A DNA stretch of 64,000 nt from Felis catus (lineage: Eukaryota), in assembly GCF_018350175.1 (NCBI RefSeq), contig NC_058370.1, positions 115,506,001 through 115,570,000 on the forward strand. Direction: 5' to 3'. Position numbers and translations under genes: made by a program. Shown here piece by piece: positions 1 to 12,806 of the stretch (positions are counted from its first letter, which is position 1; every line of letters starts with the position of its first letter). The notes beneath the pieces are model-generated. The model had not been told where the DNA came from and ran no database searches. It saw only the letters and a program-made list of their open reading frames with translations.

Positions 1-94
1 TCACTCAAGTCATGCATGGAACGAGCAGTGGACATTCATGAAAGCATGTGGCCTGAAAGTCATGAGTGAGGGATTTAGAATTCTTATTTGTTAA

Positions 95-1440
95 TTTATT
101 TTTTATTGAGATATAATTGACATTTAACAATGTGTTAGTTTCAGGTGTGCAATATGATGATTTCATATATGTATATATTATGAAGTGATTACCACAATAG
201 GTTTAATTAACATCCATCGCTACACATAGTTACAACTCTTTTTCCTTGTGAGGAAAACTTTTACAATTTACGCTGTTAGCAACTTTCAAATACACATGCA
301 ATACAGTGTTGTTAACTGTAGTCACATGCTGTATATTACATCCCCAGGACTTCTTTGTCTTATAACTGGAACTTTGTACCTTTGGATCACCTTCATCCAT
401 TTTGCCCCCCACCCTCACTTCTGGCAACCATCAATCTCTGTNNNNNNNNNNNNNNNNNNNNNNNNNNNNNNNNNNNNNNNNNNNNNNNNNNNNNNNNNNN
501 NNNNNNNNNNNNNNNNNNNNNNNNNNNNNNNNNNNNNNNNNNNNNNNNNNNNNNNNNNNNNNNNNNNNNNNNNNNNNNNNNNNNNNNNTTCCTTTGTATA
601 TAAAACACCTTTTCTTTATCCATCCATCTATTGTTGGGACACTTAGGTTGTTTCCATGTCTTGGCTGTTACAAATAATGCCGTAGTGAACATGGGGTGCA
701 AATATCTTTTTGAGTTAGTGTTTTTGTTTCCTTCAGATAAATACCCCAAAGCAGTTGCTGGATGATATGATAGTTCTGTTNNNNNNNNNNNNNNNNNNNN
801 NNNNNNNNNNNNNNNNNNNNNNNNNNNNNNNNNNNNNNNNNNNNNNNNNNNNNNNNNNNNNNNNNNNNNNNNNNNNNNNNNNNNNNNNNNNNNNNNNNNN
901 NNNNNNNNNNNNNNNNNNNNNNNNNNNNNNNNNNNNNNNNNNNNNNNNNNNNNNNNNNNNNNNNNNNNNNNNNNNNNNNNNNNNNNNNNNNNNNNNNNNN
1001 NNGTACCTGTTAGCCATTTTTATGCCTTCTTTGGAATAATGTCTATTCAGATCCTCTCTGCTCACTTTTAATTGGATTATTGTTTTTTTGTCTGTTGGGT
1101 TGTATGAGTTTTTTGTATATTTTGGATATTAACCCCTTATTGGATATATGATTTGCAAATATTGTCTCCCATTTGGCAGGTTGCCTTTTCATTTTGTGGA
1201 TGGTTTTCTTTGCCTGTGCAGAAGCTTTCTGGTATACTGTAGTGCTACCTGATTATTTTTGCTTTTGTTTATTTTGCTTTTGGTGTCAAATCCAAAAAGC
1301 CATTGCCAAGATTCATGTCAAGGAGTTCACCCCTGATGTTTTCTTCCAGGAGTTTTGTGGTTTTGGGTCTTATATTCAAGTCTTTAATCCATTTTTAGTT
1401 GACTTTTGTATGTGGTGTATAATAGTGGTCCAGTTTCATT
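95..1440 (-). mobile_element. LINE-1 3' portion (L1MA9/L1_Carn-like), contains two N-gaps
   Basis: Minus-strand peptides match the L1 ORF2 C-terminus (HPMFTTALFVTAKTWKQPKCP; DLNRHYSKEGIKMANRY). Reverse-complemented 3'UTR starts at ~95 (ttttttattgagatataattgaca). Confidence 0.9.
442..1002. other. Assembly gaps/masked runs (N 442-588 and 781-1002); further gaps at 43068-43204 and 54964-55175
   Basis: Runs of N, all inside L1 or SINE sequence. Confidence 0.99.
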
Positions 1441-1779
1441 CTGGAATTCGTTGTTTGAAATTCCAAAGAGAAATGGCAATCACTCATCACAGGAAAGGCT
1501 AATGTGTGAAGCAATAGAAATGATCAGACTTGGGGAGTCGAGAGTTGGGTTCAGCCTGCGATCTACCACTGCCTCGCTATGCAGCTATTCAGATATCTGT
1601 AGGCATCAGCATCTATATTTCTAGCATGAGTGTGCTAAAAAGTTAATGCCCATGTCACCTTTCTTCTGCATGTTTATTTTCAAGGAACAGGCCCTAGAGT
1701 CACATAGTCCACACTCCACCCTACTGTAGCCCCAACAGTCTGCTAGAATCTTCCAGGACTGGGGTGCTCAACATTTTGT

Positions 1780-2520
1780 GCTCCCCATCGTTGGACAGCT
1801 CCAGGTTTTAGGTATTCTTTATTGAGGGGCAACAGTCTACTTCTCTGGAACTTTCCACCCATGCTTCAAGTTCTATTCTGGACCACCATAGAAAAAAGAC
1901 TGAACACGCAAGAATTTCTTATACTTGAAGATAGCTCTGCTGCCTCACTGAGGTCTCTCCTTACTCATCCCTGTTGATTCTTATCTGATACCTATTGGTG
2001 ACCATTTTCTAAATGCCAGTGTCCCTTTGAAATACACAATTCTGCTATAGAGGTCTTGTGATCAGCACCTTTGGGGTCCCTATTATTTTTGTAAACAGCT
2101 TTTGTTTAATCTCCCAATTGTGCACCTTAAAGTCAAGAGGCAGATCCTGTCTCCATAAAAAAATAATATTTAATATTTTAGCATAAATATTTCCTGATGA
2201 ACTCTTGGTGCTGCTTAATGAGTACAAGTTAACAAACATTGCAGAGATCAAAGTTAATTAGATTCACCTGCATTTTCTTGACTTCCCCTTTCATTCCTTT
2301 TTAAAAATAGGACATTTGAATATTTCCCATTTCCAATCTGCCTGATTCCTATTCCAATCTGCATGATTTCTAACGTCAGGAATGATTCTTCAATTGTCTT
2401 TAAGCTAATTCAGCATGCAGGACCTAACGCTTGAACTTTTGAAATAACTGGACAGTTCTCATTATCCTTTCTCCTGTACAGGATCCCAATTCCCTCTTAA
2501 CTTTTTTCTACACTTCCTGT
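1780..2520 (-). mobile_element. Ancient CR1/L3 LINE fragment (RT-start motifs and 3' end)
   Basis: Minus strand reads ADWKW..CPIFKK (CR1 DWxxANVTPIFKKG motif), followed by an L3-like 3' end (gctatcttcaagtat...catgggtggaaagttccagagaagtaga...ggagctgtccaacgatgg). Confidence 0.65.
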
Positions 2521-2689
2521 TCTGAACATTATGTAAGAAGGAAGTATAAGATACATGGTTATGTGTGTTTCAGTATCTTTCATTAACACTTATCATCATC
2601 CCTGAGAGTGTTCCCATTTTCCTCATTAATCACTGCCCTCTGATGTCATATTCTTAAAGTATATCTACTCACTCTTGGCTCCTGGGTTG

Positions 2690-3750
2690 CTGTGCAGGAT
2701 TGGAGGTAGGAGGATGAAGAAGTTCTGCCTCCAAATCCACAAACTCACTTTCATCTGTCACCATCTCCCACTTTCCTCCTGTTATGCTAGAGGGCATATG
2801 CCTCTGAGGATGTTCTGGATCTCATTAACTTCCCCCTTCACAAGGGCCTGATTGAATGAATTCTCTCCTCCATATTCTGAATACTAACTCTTCTGGAGTC
2901 TTCCAATTCCCACTGAAACATGCTTATCTTTTAAACTCTCCATCTCATATTCCCTTCCAGCTACAACTCCATTTCTCTCCTCCCTTTACAACCAAACTTC
3001 ATACAAGATGTCTCCACATCCTCACCTCCCACTTTCCCCTCAAACTATTCCATTTGGATTTTTCAGACATCATCTCTCGCCCTGACTTTTGCCTCGGCTC
3101 CCTCTGATTTTCCTATACCCACCTACTCCCCTCAAGTCAATTTCCTGCAGTCTAGGCCCACTTTTTAAAATGCACATCCATGGGCATTTGGGTGGCTCAG
3201 TCAGTTAAGTCTGACTCTTGATTTTGGCTCAGGTCATGATCCCAGGGTTGTGGGATTGAGTCCCACACTGGGCTTCATGCTGCACATGGACCCTGCTTAG
3301 GGTTTTCTCTCTCTCTCTCTGGTTCTCCTGCTGGTTCTCCTTCTCTCTTTAAAACTAAGAATATAATAATACTAAATAAAAATAAAACGTGCATCCGATC
3401 ATTGCACTCTCCAGGTTGAAACACTTCAATGTCTTCTGATTGCTATTGCTATTTAGGAAAAGTCTACAGTCATGAACATGGCCTGCATCATCTGACCCCT
3501 GCCCACCTATCTAACCATACCTTTTGTCGCTCCTCCTTCCTTCATTCTCCTCCCATCAGACCAGCATTACCTTTGTCTCCTCTGATATTTCATTTTTTTT
3601 TTGTCAACCTCACACCCTTTGCCCCTACTGTCTACTCGGCCCTGGGGTTACATAACTCCTGATCCTTTTGTGTCTTAACCCCATTGGATTCTCATATTAC
3701 TCACTATCACACTTCCTTAATCATAACAAACCCTTTATTGTTGTTGTTGC
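2690..3750 (+). mobile_element. L2 LINE, 5' segment (interrupted by a SINE and an L1)
   Basis: Pyrimidine-rich L2-like ORF2/3' sequence (ttcccttccagctacaactccatttctctcctccctttacaaccaaact; catccgatcattgcactctcc...catcatctgacccctgcccacct). Confidence 0.7.
3182..3386 (+). mobile_element. Can-SINE (older carnivore subfamily)
   Basis: tRNA-like head gggcatttgggtggctcagtcagttaag, (CT)n, A-rich tail. Degenerate TSD aaaatgcacatcc/aaaacgtgcatcc. Confidence 0.9.
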
Positions 3751-5490
3751 CCACTCCTTACTTTTTTTAGGGCCTTACTGAAATATAACTTACATACCAT
3801 ATAGTTTATCTATTTAAGATACAGAGTCCAGTGATTTTCAGTATAGTCACAGAGCCATGCAACCATCGCCACAATATAATTTTAGAACATATTTTTGTCA
3901 CCCCAAAAGGAAACCTCATGCCATTAGCAGTCACTTGCTATTTTTGCCCCACTCCTCCAGTCCTGGGAAACCACTAATCTGCTTTCTGAATCTATAGGTT
4001 TGCCTATTCTGGACAGTTCACATAATTGGAGTCATGCAACCGTGGTCATGTAATGATTTCTTTCATTCATGTGACAGTATGTATCAAGCCTTCATTCCTT
4101 TTTGGTGCCAAATAAGATTTCATTTTGTAAATACACCATATTTTATTCATCTATTCATTCGTTGATGGACATTTAGGTTGTTTCTACTTCCTGGCTGTTG
4201 TGGATAATTCTGCCACGAATGTTTGTATGCAGGTCTTTGCACGGATGTATGTTTTCTTTTCATTTGTGTGCGTACCTAGGAGTGGAATTGCTGGGTCACA
4301 TGGTCACTCTATATGTTGCATTTTCAGGGACTGTTTTCCAAAGCCACTGCACCATTTACATTCCCACCAGCAGGGAATGAGAGATCCGACTTCTCCACCT
4401 CCTTGTCAACACTGTTACTATTGTCTGTGATATTTATTAGAGCCATCCTATAGAGTGTGAAGTTATAACCTCATTGTGGTTTTGGTTTGCAGTTCCTTGA
4501 CTGCTCGTGATGAGAATCTTTTCAGTGCTCACTGTCCATTTGTATACCCTCTTTGGAGAAATGTCTGTTTAGATCCTTTGTTCGTTTTTAAATTGGTTTA
4601 TTTAACTTTTTGTTGCCCCCTTGTAAGAATTCATAATCTTAGCTACAAGTGCCTTATCACATATGTGATTTGCAAACATTTATTTCCATTCTACAGGTTG
4701 TCTATTAAGTTTCTTGGCTATATCATTTATAGAACACAAGTTTTTAATTTCAGTGAAGCCCAGCTTACCTACCTTTTGTGTGTGTCACTTAAACTTTTGG
4801 TGTTGTATACAAGAAATCATTGCCTCATCTAAGATCATGAATATTTACTCCTATATTTTTCTCCTACAAGTTGTATAGTTTAGCTTTTACATTTAGGTCT
4901 TCGATCCATTCTGAGATAATTTTGGTGATGTAGGAGTCCAAGCTCATTCTTTTGCAAGTGTATATCCAATTGCTCCAGGACCACTTGTTGAAGAGACTAT
5001 TCTTTGCCCCATTTTATTATCTTGGCACTCTTTTCAAAAGTCAATTTATCATAATGTAAGGATCTATTTCTGAACTTTCAATTCTGTCCCAGTGATCTAT
5101 ATATCCTTATGCCAGTTCCACACTGTGTTGATTACTATAGTTTTATAGTAACTTTTGAAATCAGAAAGCTTACATCTTCTAACTTTGTTTTCTTTTTCAA
5201 CATCGTTTCAGTAATTCTGGGGTCCTTGTGTTTACATATGAATTGTAGCATCAGCCTGACAAATTCGTCAGAAAAAATAAAGGCAGCTGGGATTTTGATA
5301 GCAATTGAATAAATCTGTAGATCAGTTTGGGGAGTATTGCCAACTTCACAATATAAAGCTTTTTGATCCATGAACAGGAACATGATCTATGAACATTTTT
5401 TAAGATCTTTAATTTCTTTCAGCAATGTTTTATTGTTTTCACTGTAAAAGTCCTGTACTTCTTTTGTTAAATTTATTCCTAAGTATTGTA

Positions 5491-5698
5491 TTTTTTTTAT
5501 GTTTATTCATTTTTGAGAGAGAGACAGAGTGCAAGTGGAGGAGGGGCAGAGAGAGAGAGGGAGACACAGAATCCAAAGCGGGCTCCAGGTTCTGAGCTGT
5601 CAGCACAGAGCCTGATGTAGGGCTCGAGCTCATGAATGGCAAGGTCATGACCTGAGCTGACATTGGACACTTAACTGACTGAGCCACCCAGGTGCCCC
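5491..5698 (-). mobile_element. Can-SINE (felid, moderately diverged)
   Basis: Reverse SINEC body ending gagccacccaggtgcccc, flanked by ctaagtattgtattt repeats. Confidence 0.95.
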
Positions 5699-5710
5699 CT
5701 AAGTATTGTA

Positions 5711-5921
5711 TTTTTTTTAACATTTATTTATTTTTGAGACAGAGAGAGACAGAGCATGAACAGGGGAGGGTCAGAGAGAGAGGGAGACACAGAATCCGAA
5801 ACAGGCTCCAGGCTCTGAGCAGTCAGCACAGAGCCCGATGCGGGGCTTGAACTCACGAACTGCGAGATCATGACCTGAGCCGAAGTCAGATGCTTAACCG
5901 ACTGAGCCACCCAGGTGCCCC
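5711..5921 (-). mobile_element. Can-SINE (felid, younger)
   Basis: Reverse SINEC body retaining more CpGs, flanked by the same ctaagtattgtattt repeat. Confidence 0.95.
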
Positions 5922-6344
5922 TAAGTATTGTATTTTTGATGCTATTACAAATTATTTCATTTTCAGATTTTTCATTGCTAGTGTATAGAAATAAAATTGA
6001 TTTTTGTATATTGATCTTATATTCTGCCACCATGCTTAACTCATTTATTCTAATTGCTTTTAAGGGATTCCTTAGGATTTTATATATACAAAATCATGTC
6101 ATCTGCAATCCTGCAAGTTGTTTTATTTCTTCCATCCCAATCTGGATGCCATTTTTATTTTTCTTATCTAATTGTCTTGGCTAGAATTTCTAGTACAACC
6201 CTGACTAAAGATGGAGAAAGCAGACACTCTTGTCTGCTTGGTGTTCCTGATTTTGTGATAAAATACCTAGTCTTTTGTTGATAAGAATAATGTTAAATAT
6301 TTGTCAAGCTGAGGAAGTTCCCCTCTATTTGTAGTTTGCTTATT

Positions 6345-6490
6345 CGACACACTTTTAAGTATCTGCTTGATATCTGTATTCCCTGCTGGACTATCAGCTT
6401 AGATATGTCTTTTTTCTGCTATCTCCTTAGCACATAGCAAAAGTCTGGCACACAGAAACTACTCAATAACAACTTCCCAAATGACTGAAA
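6345..6490 (+). mobile_element. L2 3' terminus (continuation of the 2690-3750 element)
   Basis: ctgtattccctgctggactatcagct...ctgctatctccttagcacatagcaaaagtctggcacacagaaactactcaataa...aatgactgaa resembles the L2 3' end. Confidence 0.7.
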
Positions 6491-6499
6491 GAAATGCCC

Positions 6500-7010
6500 T
6501 TTCAGGTTCATGTCTTCCTTTATTTGTTCTTGTCCCAACTTTTGTAAATGTTGTCTTCAACCCAGTTCTTCCTACTCCCAGCTATCTGTCTAGTTTCTTG
6601 CTCATCAGGACTACCAGAAAGTAGATAATTAACATTATCTTGTTATAATCTCCAGTACATCATGACCTATATATATATATTTTTATAAAAGGCTATTGTC
6701 TGACCTGTTGAGCCTCTCACCCATTTGAAATATGCTTTCCTGAGTCCAGGGCACACTTCGACTCTGCCCAACATTCCCTTCATTTGTTACCATGAGGTCA
6801 AAGTTACTTTCCTCCAGGATTTCCATCACTCCCAGGTTAGCAAAGAGACTCTAACTGTTGGCCAACATCCAACACAAGGAAAATTCCCTCTCCTTGTTCA
6901 TTTGGCCCTCTGGGCAATGAAGCTATCACTGGAACAAGTGAAGGCCTTGTCAGAGGAGCTAAGTGAGCTTCTCCCCAGGGATAAGGGTTACTAAAGCCCC
7001 CTCATCAGTC
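6500..7010 (-). mobile_element. Ancient CR1/L3 LINE fragment (endonuclease region)
   Basis: Minus strand gives SDKAFTCSSDSFIAQRAK*TRRG...LGVMEILEESN, resembling the CR1 EN segment SDKFLTCLADNFISQKVEEATRG...GTLGESDH. Confidence 0.55.
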
Positions 7011-7769
7011 TCTTTGGACCCACCAGGCAAGCTGGCATGTACTCTCATTGGGACATTTCTGTTAACCTCCCCCTCTCTCTCTCTCTCTCATCTTCAACCC
7101 ATCTGCTGTGCTCTGACTTAGTAAATTAGGATATAGAAATGTGCAATCAGACAACTCCTCTTCCTCCCCTCACGTCATATCTATTTCTTTTTCTTTTGAA
7201 CAAAGCATGTACCCCCATTATCATCTTGCAGACAATGTTTGTGTTAACATTGTTTTAAAATATCAAATTCATACTTAAAAAAATACGAAAACTCAATGCA
7301 TTGGTATATGGTGCTTGGAGAATTAAGGCTACATTGATAGTAATTGATTTCAAGTCTAGAGTTTTAATGTAGTCACACTCTGCTGACAGTTTGTCTAGCT
7401 AATGTCATCCACATTCATGTTTATTTACCCTCAATATGGTAGCAAAGTGCTTTAATCTAAGGAGATTATTATTTGTAACAATTTACCACTACATGGAAGT
7501 AAACTGTCCTGTGCAAGGGGCCAGTTTCTCTCACTCTGCATGAAAGTGAAATGTGAGTGGCAATGGCTCCGATCCTGCTGATTTACCAATAACATTTTTC
7601 TCCTATTCTAGTAAATCCATCTCCTGTATCCTGCAGACCAAAGACATTCTTTCTGAGATGTGGAAGTCTGGATTTGCCTGTAGCAAGGTGAAACTCCTTA
7701 CCTGCTTTGGCCAACATACACCTGGAGATGACTATAGAACCTGGGGTATCCAGCCTTCCAGATCTGGCC

Positions 7770-7960
7770 TTTTTTTAAGTTTGTTTATTTATTTTGAAAG
7801 AGAGACCATGAGTGGGCAGAGAGAGAGAGAGAATCCCAAGCAGGCTCTACGCTGTCAGCACAAAGCCCAATGTAGGGCTTGAGCTCACGAACTGTGAGAT
7901 CATGATCTGAGTCAAAATCAAGAATTGGATGCTTAACCAACCAAGCCACCCAGATGCCTC
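7770..7960 (-). mobile_element. Can-SINE
   Basis: Reverse SINEC body with (GA)n and a T-rich tail. Confidence 0.92.
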
Positions 7961-8289
7961 CACACCTGGCTCTTAAAGAGAACTGTATCCAGCTGGAAAA
8001 AATGACTTGGGTACTCCAATGACATAAGGCAAGAAGGAGGAAGAGTTGGCATCCAGGAAACAGATGAATCAGAACACGACCCTTCACTGACTGGGGAAGT
8101 CCCACAGAGAGGGAGAGGGAGAGGGAGTGACTAGCAAGGAGCCAAAAGAGTGGCCTTTGGGAAATATGGAATCAGCAGTTTATCTGATTACTTAGTCATG
8201 GGTAAAATTGTGCTCAGAAGGATTTTTAAATTTTGCTGGAAAGTTTTGGAAGAATTGTTAGGATAATGACATAGATTAAGCAAATTTTT

Positions 8290-8725
8290 TTAATGAGGTA
8301 ATTATTAACTCCTGGAAGAACAAAGAATTATAGGAAAAAAATGGAAAAGTGATTCTAGAGTTTTTTTCAGTCAGCAGTGAACAGTACATCCATAATTAAA
8401 ATAAAACTTGAATATTGATTTAACAAAAAGTGACATAAATATATTGGGAATCAAATAGAGAAAAGCAGGTATGGAATAGGTTAGAAGCATGCCAGCCCAA
8501 TCTTCCAGCGTAAGCAGTCAGTGGCATTTAACATTGACAATTCCAGGGATAACTGTGCAGGCATGTCACTTAGAAATATGGAGGTAGGCATCAGAAGAAA
8601 GAGTCTGCAGAGAGGAATTTAGGACACAAATGGGACAGGGGACTGCTGTTTTTCCTTCACGCCTTGTTATACTATTTGGATTTTTAAACTGTACATTAGG
8701 CTAGACTTGTATGAAAAAATAAATA
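8290..8725 (+). mobile_element. Old L1 (L1MC/ME-like) 3'UTR remnant
   Basis: A-rich, ends with the L1MC-like gggacaggggactgctgttttt...gccttgttatactatttggatttttaaactg. Confidence 0.45.
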
Positions 8726-11700
8726 AGCAACCTAGTAACTAGACTGAGAGACAAGAATTTAAGACTCAAGAGAAAAGGAAGGAGATAGAAAAGAAGAATC
8801 AAGGCTTCTTCTTTACCACATGGCCGGGAAAGTTAGATGATTATAGCTGTAGGAAAAAAAAAAAATGTCCACGCAAGAACTCTTTCATCCAAGAGATGGA
8901 CACTTGAGAAAAGTCACTTTTGTACCAGAATCCACAGCCATCAGACCAGCATCCTGCTGGAACAGAGGACAGAGCTGTTTTTATTCTAGCTGCTTCTGGT
9001 CTCAGCCCTTCCAACCCGTCCAGGGAGTCAGAAGAGTATCTCCCCACCTTTCCCTCCACTCTGCCACAGGCACTCAGGTGCCCAGTGGGCTGCAGTTTGG
9101 ACTAAGGGCAGAGTAAGTGGGTAGGGGGCCTCCGAGGAATTTCGGAGAATGAGGTGGAGACATTCCCATCCACTGGGGAGCCATGGGTGTAATGGAACTG
9201 GTCCAGCCTCACCAGCAGGTGGTACAGGTTCTCTGCTGTTGTCGGGTGGTCCCAAACAGTATCTGTGGGAACAGGCCCAGGCATCTGTGGTCACTGAAAG
9301 GAAGATAAAGCTTCTTTACTCTCCCCTAGCCTTCTGCATTTGAGCGTCCGTGTCTTTCTCTAGGACAAGCTCCCATTAGTCACTCAAGAACCTGGCTCTC
9401 ATTGGAAGAGGTGGCGCTGCCTCTATGGTGGTGACACATTGAAACCTGCCCTTCCCTGAAACATAGTCAAAGCTGCCTCTGAGGAGCCTGGGCCAGGGCC
9501 TCGGCTGGGTCAGGTTCTAGTAAGCCCAAGGTCACAGAGCAGGTCCTCTGGATACTTCGGGACTCCAGCCTGGGACGCTCTGGAAGATGAAGCAGGAGAC
9601 ATTCCACTGTGGGAAAGAAGGGAGGAAGAGGCATCTCAGCCCCCTCCCTCCAGTCCAATACATTTCCAGGAAAAGCCAGAGTGAGCCAGTCTGCCCACCC
9701 ATGGGTCCAGAGGGTGATAAGGGAGAAGTCTGCTGGATGTCGCAGAATGACCATACTTCCACTGTCTGAATCCCGATTGTTTCACAGCCAAATGGCAAAA
9801 CAAAACAGTTTCTACAAAGGTCTTGGACTCTGTGAGAAGTAGAATCATAACTATGGATTTAAAAAAAATGGGGAAAGAGAAATCCAGCCACCAAGGCAGG
9901 TACCTACCTCCCTTTTCATCCATGAAGGTGTCTCCCAAACATCATGGCCCATTACAACATAGAAGAGTTTCCAGAGAGTGACAAGGCCATACCCCACTCA
10001 GGAGAATTTGTAGTTTGAGAAAGCACTCCTGGAAGCATGCCCCAGTGGGAGAGTCCTTACAAATAGAACTCAAGAGGACAGGAGGGTGGAGATCTTCCTG
10101 AGTTGTAACCTTTCTGAACAGACACCATCCAAGGCAGATGAAACGAGGCAGGGATACGCCATTGCAAACGCCCATGTTCAGGAACAAAGTCAGCATTTGG
10201 AAGTGGATGCATCCTGGAATGAGGAACAAGCACAGCCACCTAAGCTGTACCCTACAGGGGCTGTTGCAAAGTGCTCATGATCATGTCAGTAGTACAGCAG
10301 AGACAGCCATACAGCTAACCTCAGACCAGGTCATTTCGCCTCCAGGCCCTATGCTTAGTCAGGATAGTTGGCCACAGTTATCAGCATGGACTTAGGAGGT
10401 AGACAGAGCTAATGCCTAAAGACTCAGACTGCTGGGCTGTCAGACTGCTCTCTTACATAAGATTTTCTGCATGTGAAACACTGGTACCAACAGATCAACA
10501 CAGACTTTGATTTAAAAAAGGGGGGGAGGATGGGGAGCTGGAGACCAGAAGAATGAATGAGCCCACCTCCTTCAGGACTTCACCTGAACGTCCAGGTGGA
10601 AAACCAACACACCTGCACACTTTGCTGCCCCAACTACATGTCGCTCCAGACTTCTTCTGGGTTTTCTGAGGCCCTGGGAGACAAGAAGGAAGGAATTTTG
10701 CAGACCTAGGGTTGCGGTGAGCAGCCCAGCATGGCCATGCTGCCTCTGCCCCACTGGATGGGTGTCCACAAAATAGTAGTTTTCTCCCTCACAGGGCTTT
10801 GCTCAAGAACCAGTCTCATTTTCTCTTTAAACTAACAAGATATACGGCAGAGTTTACTCAGCTGATTAGTTGAAAAGCTGACTCTCACAGCCACACAGGC
10901 GCTGGAGGCCGAGGGCCTAGGGCGGCTCTGCATGGGCCTTGTGGGCGCGCCTGGCTTCTCTGCTTGGAAGGTGGGGGTGGGGGGAGACTTTGTCCTCATG
11001 TCCCCATAGGAGGGAAGGGCCTTGATCCTTAGCCCTGGCACAGGACAGACTAGGCATCTTAATCCCAGGCTGTACCTTCCCAGGGTTCCCCTCACCCTTC
11101 AGCCAAGGTCAAGAAAATCCCCCAAAGCAGGACTGGAGACACTCTGGCTCTGCCAGCCTTCACCTGTGGTTCCTGGAACAGGCTATGTTGTCCCTGGGAG
11201 TGAGGCAGAGGGCAAGGAACACAGCCGGTGCCAGGCAGAGGGTGGGGAGGGGTGAGGGACCTCAAGGAACAAATGACGAGGCCTCACCTGCCCCCTGACC
11301 CCCAGACTCTCAGAAGCTCTACAGCGGCAGCCACTCCATGAGGGAAGCAGGGAGGCCAGGCTCTCCTTGCTATTTTATAGATGAGATCCTTGAGGCCCAG
11401 GGAAGAAGTTGCCCCCCCATTACAATTGGCGGGAACTCTCCTGGCAAGGCTGTTCTCAGGCTTCCAGTCCCTTCCAGACAGGAGAGGATATAGAAGGGGA
11501 TGTAAGGAGTGTCAGGTGCCAGCAGAAAAGAGAGAAACATGGCGAGAGAAGGAAAGACAAGCAGATGATATGGAGAGCCAGGAGAAGAGGGAAGATTCCA
11601 GTGGGGCAGACAAACGAGGCCTGGGAAGGGAACAAGAGAGACAGACGAGTAAGATGGGAGGGGCAGAGGACAAGACAGATCAGAAGATCACGGAAAGAAG

Positions 11701-11789
11701 AAGACGGACCATGGGTGTGGGTGATGGCTCCCTGTCATCGGAGACCCACTACCAGCAAAAATGTTGACTTGCCCGACACCGATATTGGG

Positions 11790-11930
11790 CCTATAACTCT
11801 CAAACGTCATTGCTCATCAAAATCACTGGGGATAACATTACAAAAAGCTTCCAAGATTCTGATCCAGAAAGTCTAGGGCTAGGCCTGGGAATCCGCTTTT
11901 ATTTAAAGCTCCCCCAGTGATGCCTGTAGT
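11790..11930. mobile_element. MER5-like hAT-Charlie MITE
   Basis: catcaaaatcactgggga...agattctgatccagaaagtctagggctaggcctgggaatc...aagctccccagtgatg. Confidence 0.6.
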
Positions 11931-12787
11931 CCTTGGGTGACATTTCAGATGTCACTGCTTTTGTGACTCCACTGAGTGATGCAGCCGGGGTGGCCCTGAG
12001 ATGCCCCATGAATCCCAGCTTAATGCCTCCCACCTACACTGCCCCAGCCACACTCCGCTGCTGTGGGGTGGAGCTCCAGGAATCCTTCCTCCCCGCTCCC
12101 AGCTGCCTTCTCCCCCTTCTCCCAGCTCCCCAGACGACTGATGTCCTGCTTTATTTTTCCCTTCAAACAAGCTAATTAAGCAATAATCCTAGAAGAATCC
12201 ATCACTCTGACAAGGTTGTTGATTAACCATCCCCCAAGCCAAGCCAAAAGTGCTTAATATCCCCACGGAATGGTCAATGGCGAGTACAGCAGCCCTGGGC
12301 TGCCGCAAAGCAGGTGATGGCTGTGTCTGAGAAGGCAGATGCAGAACGGGTGATTGGGCCTGACTTTGCAGCCTGGCGGAGGACAGAGGAGAGGCAGGGG
12401 GACTGGCTTGAGGCCCCACAGGCTGGGGCATCTCTAACAAGATTCTAGACCATTCTTTCTGAGACCGCCTAAAGCCCCCAGAGAGTTCCTAGGGTTATGA
12501 ACAACTCTGGACCACGGGAGAAGAGCTGAAGGAAAGGGGGTTGGACCCAAGGACATAATTCTCCAGCTTTACAGCTATGCCAATTATATAGCTGCTGGAG
12601 TGAGAGCAGAGACAGGCAGAACGATGAAATCACTGACTTTGAGAGATCATTTCAAGTCCAGACGATATATCTTTCTCTTTTCCACGCTTAGACTCTTATT
12701 GTAAACACCCCCCTATTCCCCTAAAAGATTTACTTTCTTCAGCCCTGGGAAAAATAACACTCGGCGACCACGCAGGATGTGATAAAA

Positions 12788-12806
12788 CACTGCCCCCTGG
12801 CGGCCA
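12788..12806 (-). promoter_or_regulatory. CTCF binding motif (strong), with upstream TGCAA motif
   Basis: Minus strand TGGCCGCCAGGGGGCAGTG is near consensus. TGCAACAAC lies 5 bp upstream of the core CCGCC. Confidence 0.7.

Larger units (their letters stand above)
3765..6340 (-). mobile_element. LINE-1 (L1MB-like) 3' part of ORF2 plus 3'UTR, interrupted by two SINEs
   Basis: Minus peptide IAIKIPAAFIFSDEFVRLMLQFICKHKDPRITETMLKKKTKLEDVSFLISK matches the L1 ORF2 post-RT region. L1MB-type 3'UTR at 3770-4100. Confidence 0.88.

Noticed and set aside
3182-3250. tRNA-like A/B-box sequences
   Set aside because: These are Can-SINE heads (tRNA-derived), not tRNA genes.
9070-9112. 43-nt exon-like unit (polypyrimidine-CAG acceptor, GA|GTAAGT donor)
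   Set aside because: Isolated, with no recognisable peptide or partner exons. Such pseudo-exons are common and need RNA evidence.
9403-9435. CTCF-like AGGTGGCGCTG and an overlapping reverse motif
   Set aside because: Lacks the conserved 5' CC of the core; the reverse version has the wrong spacing.
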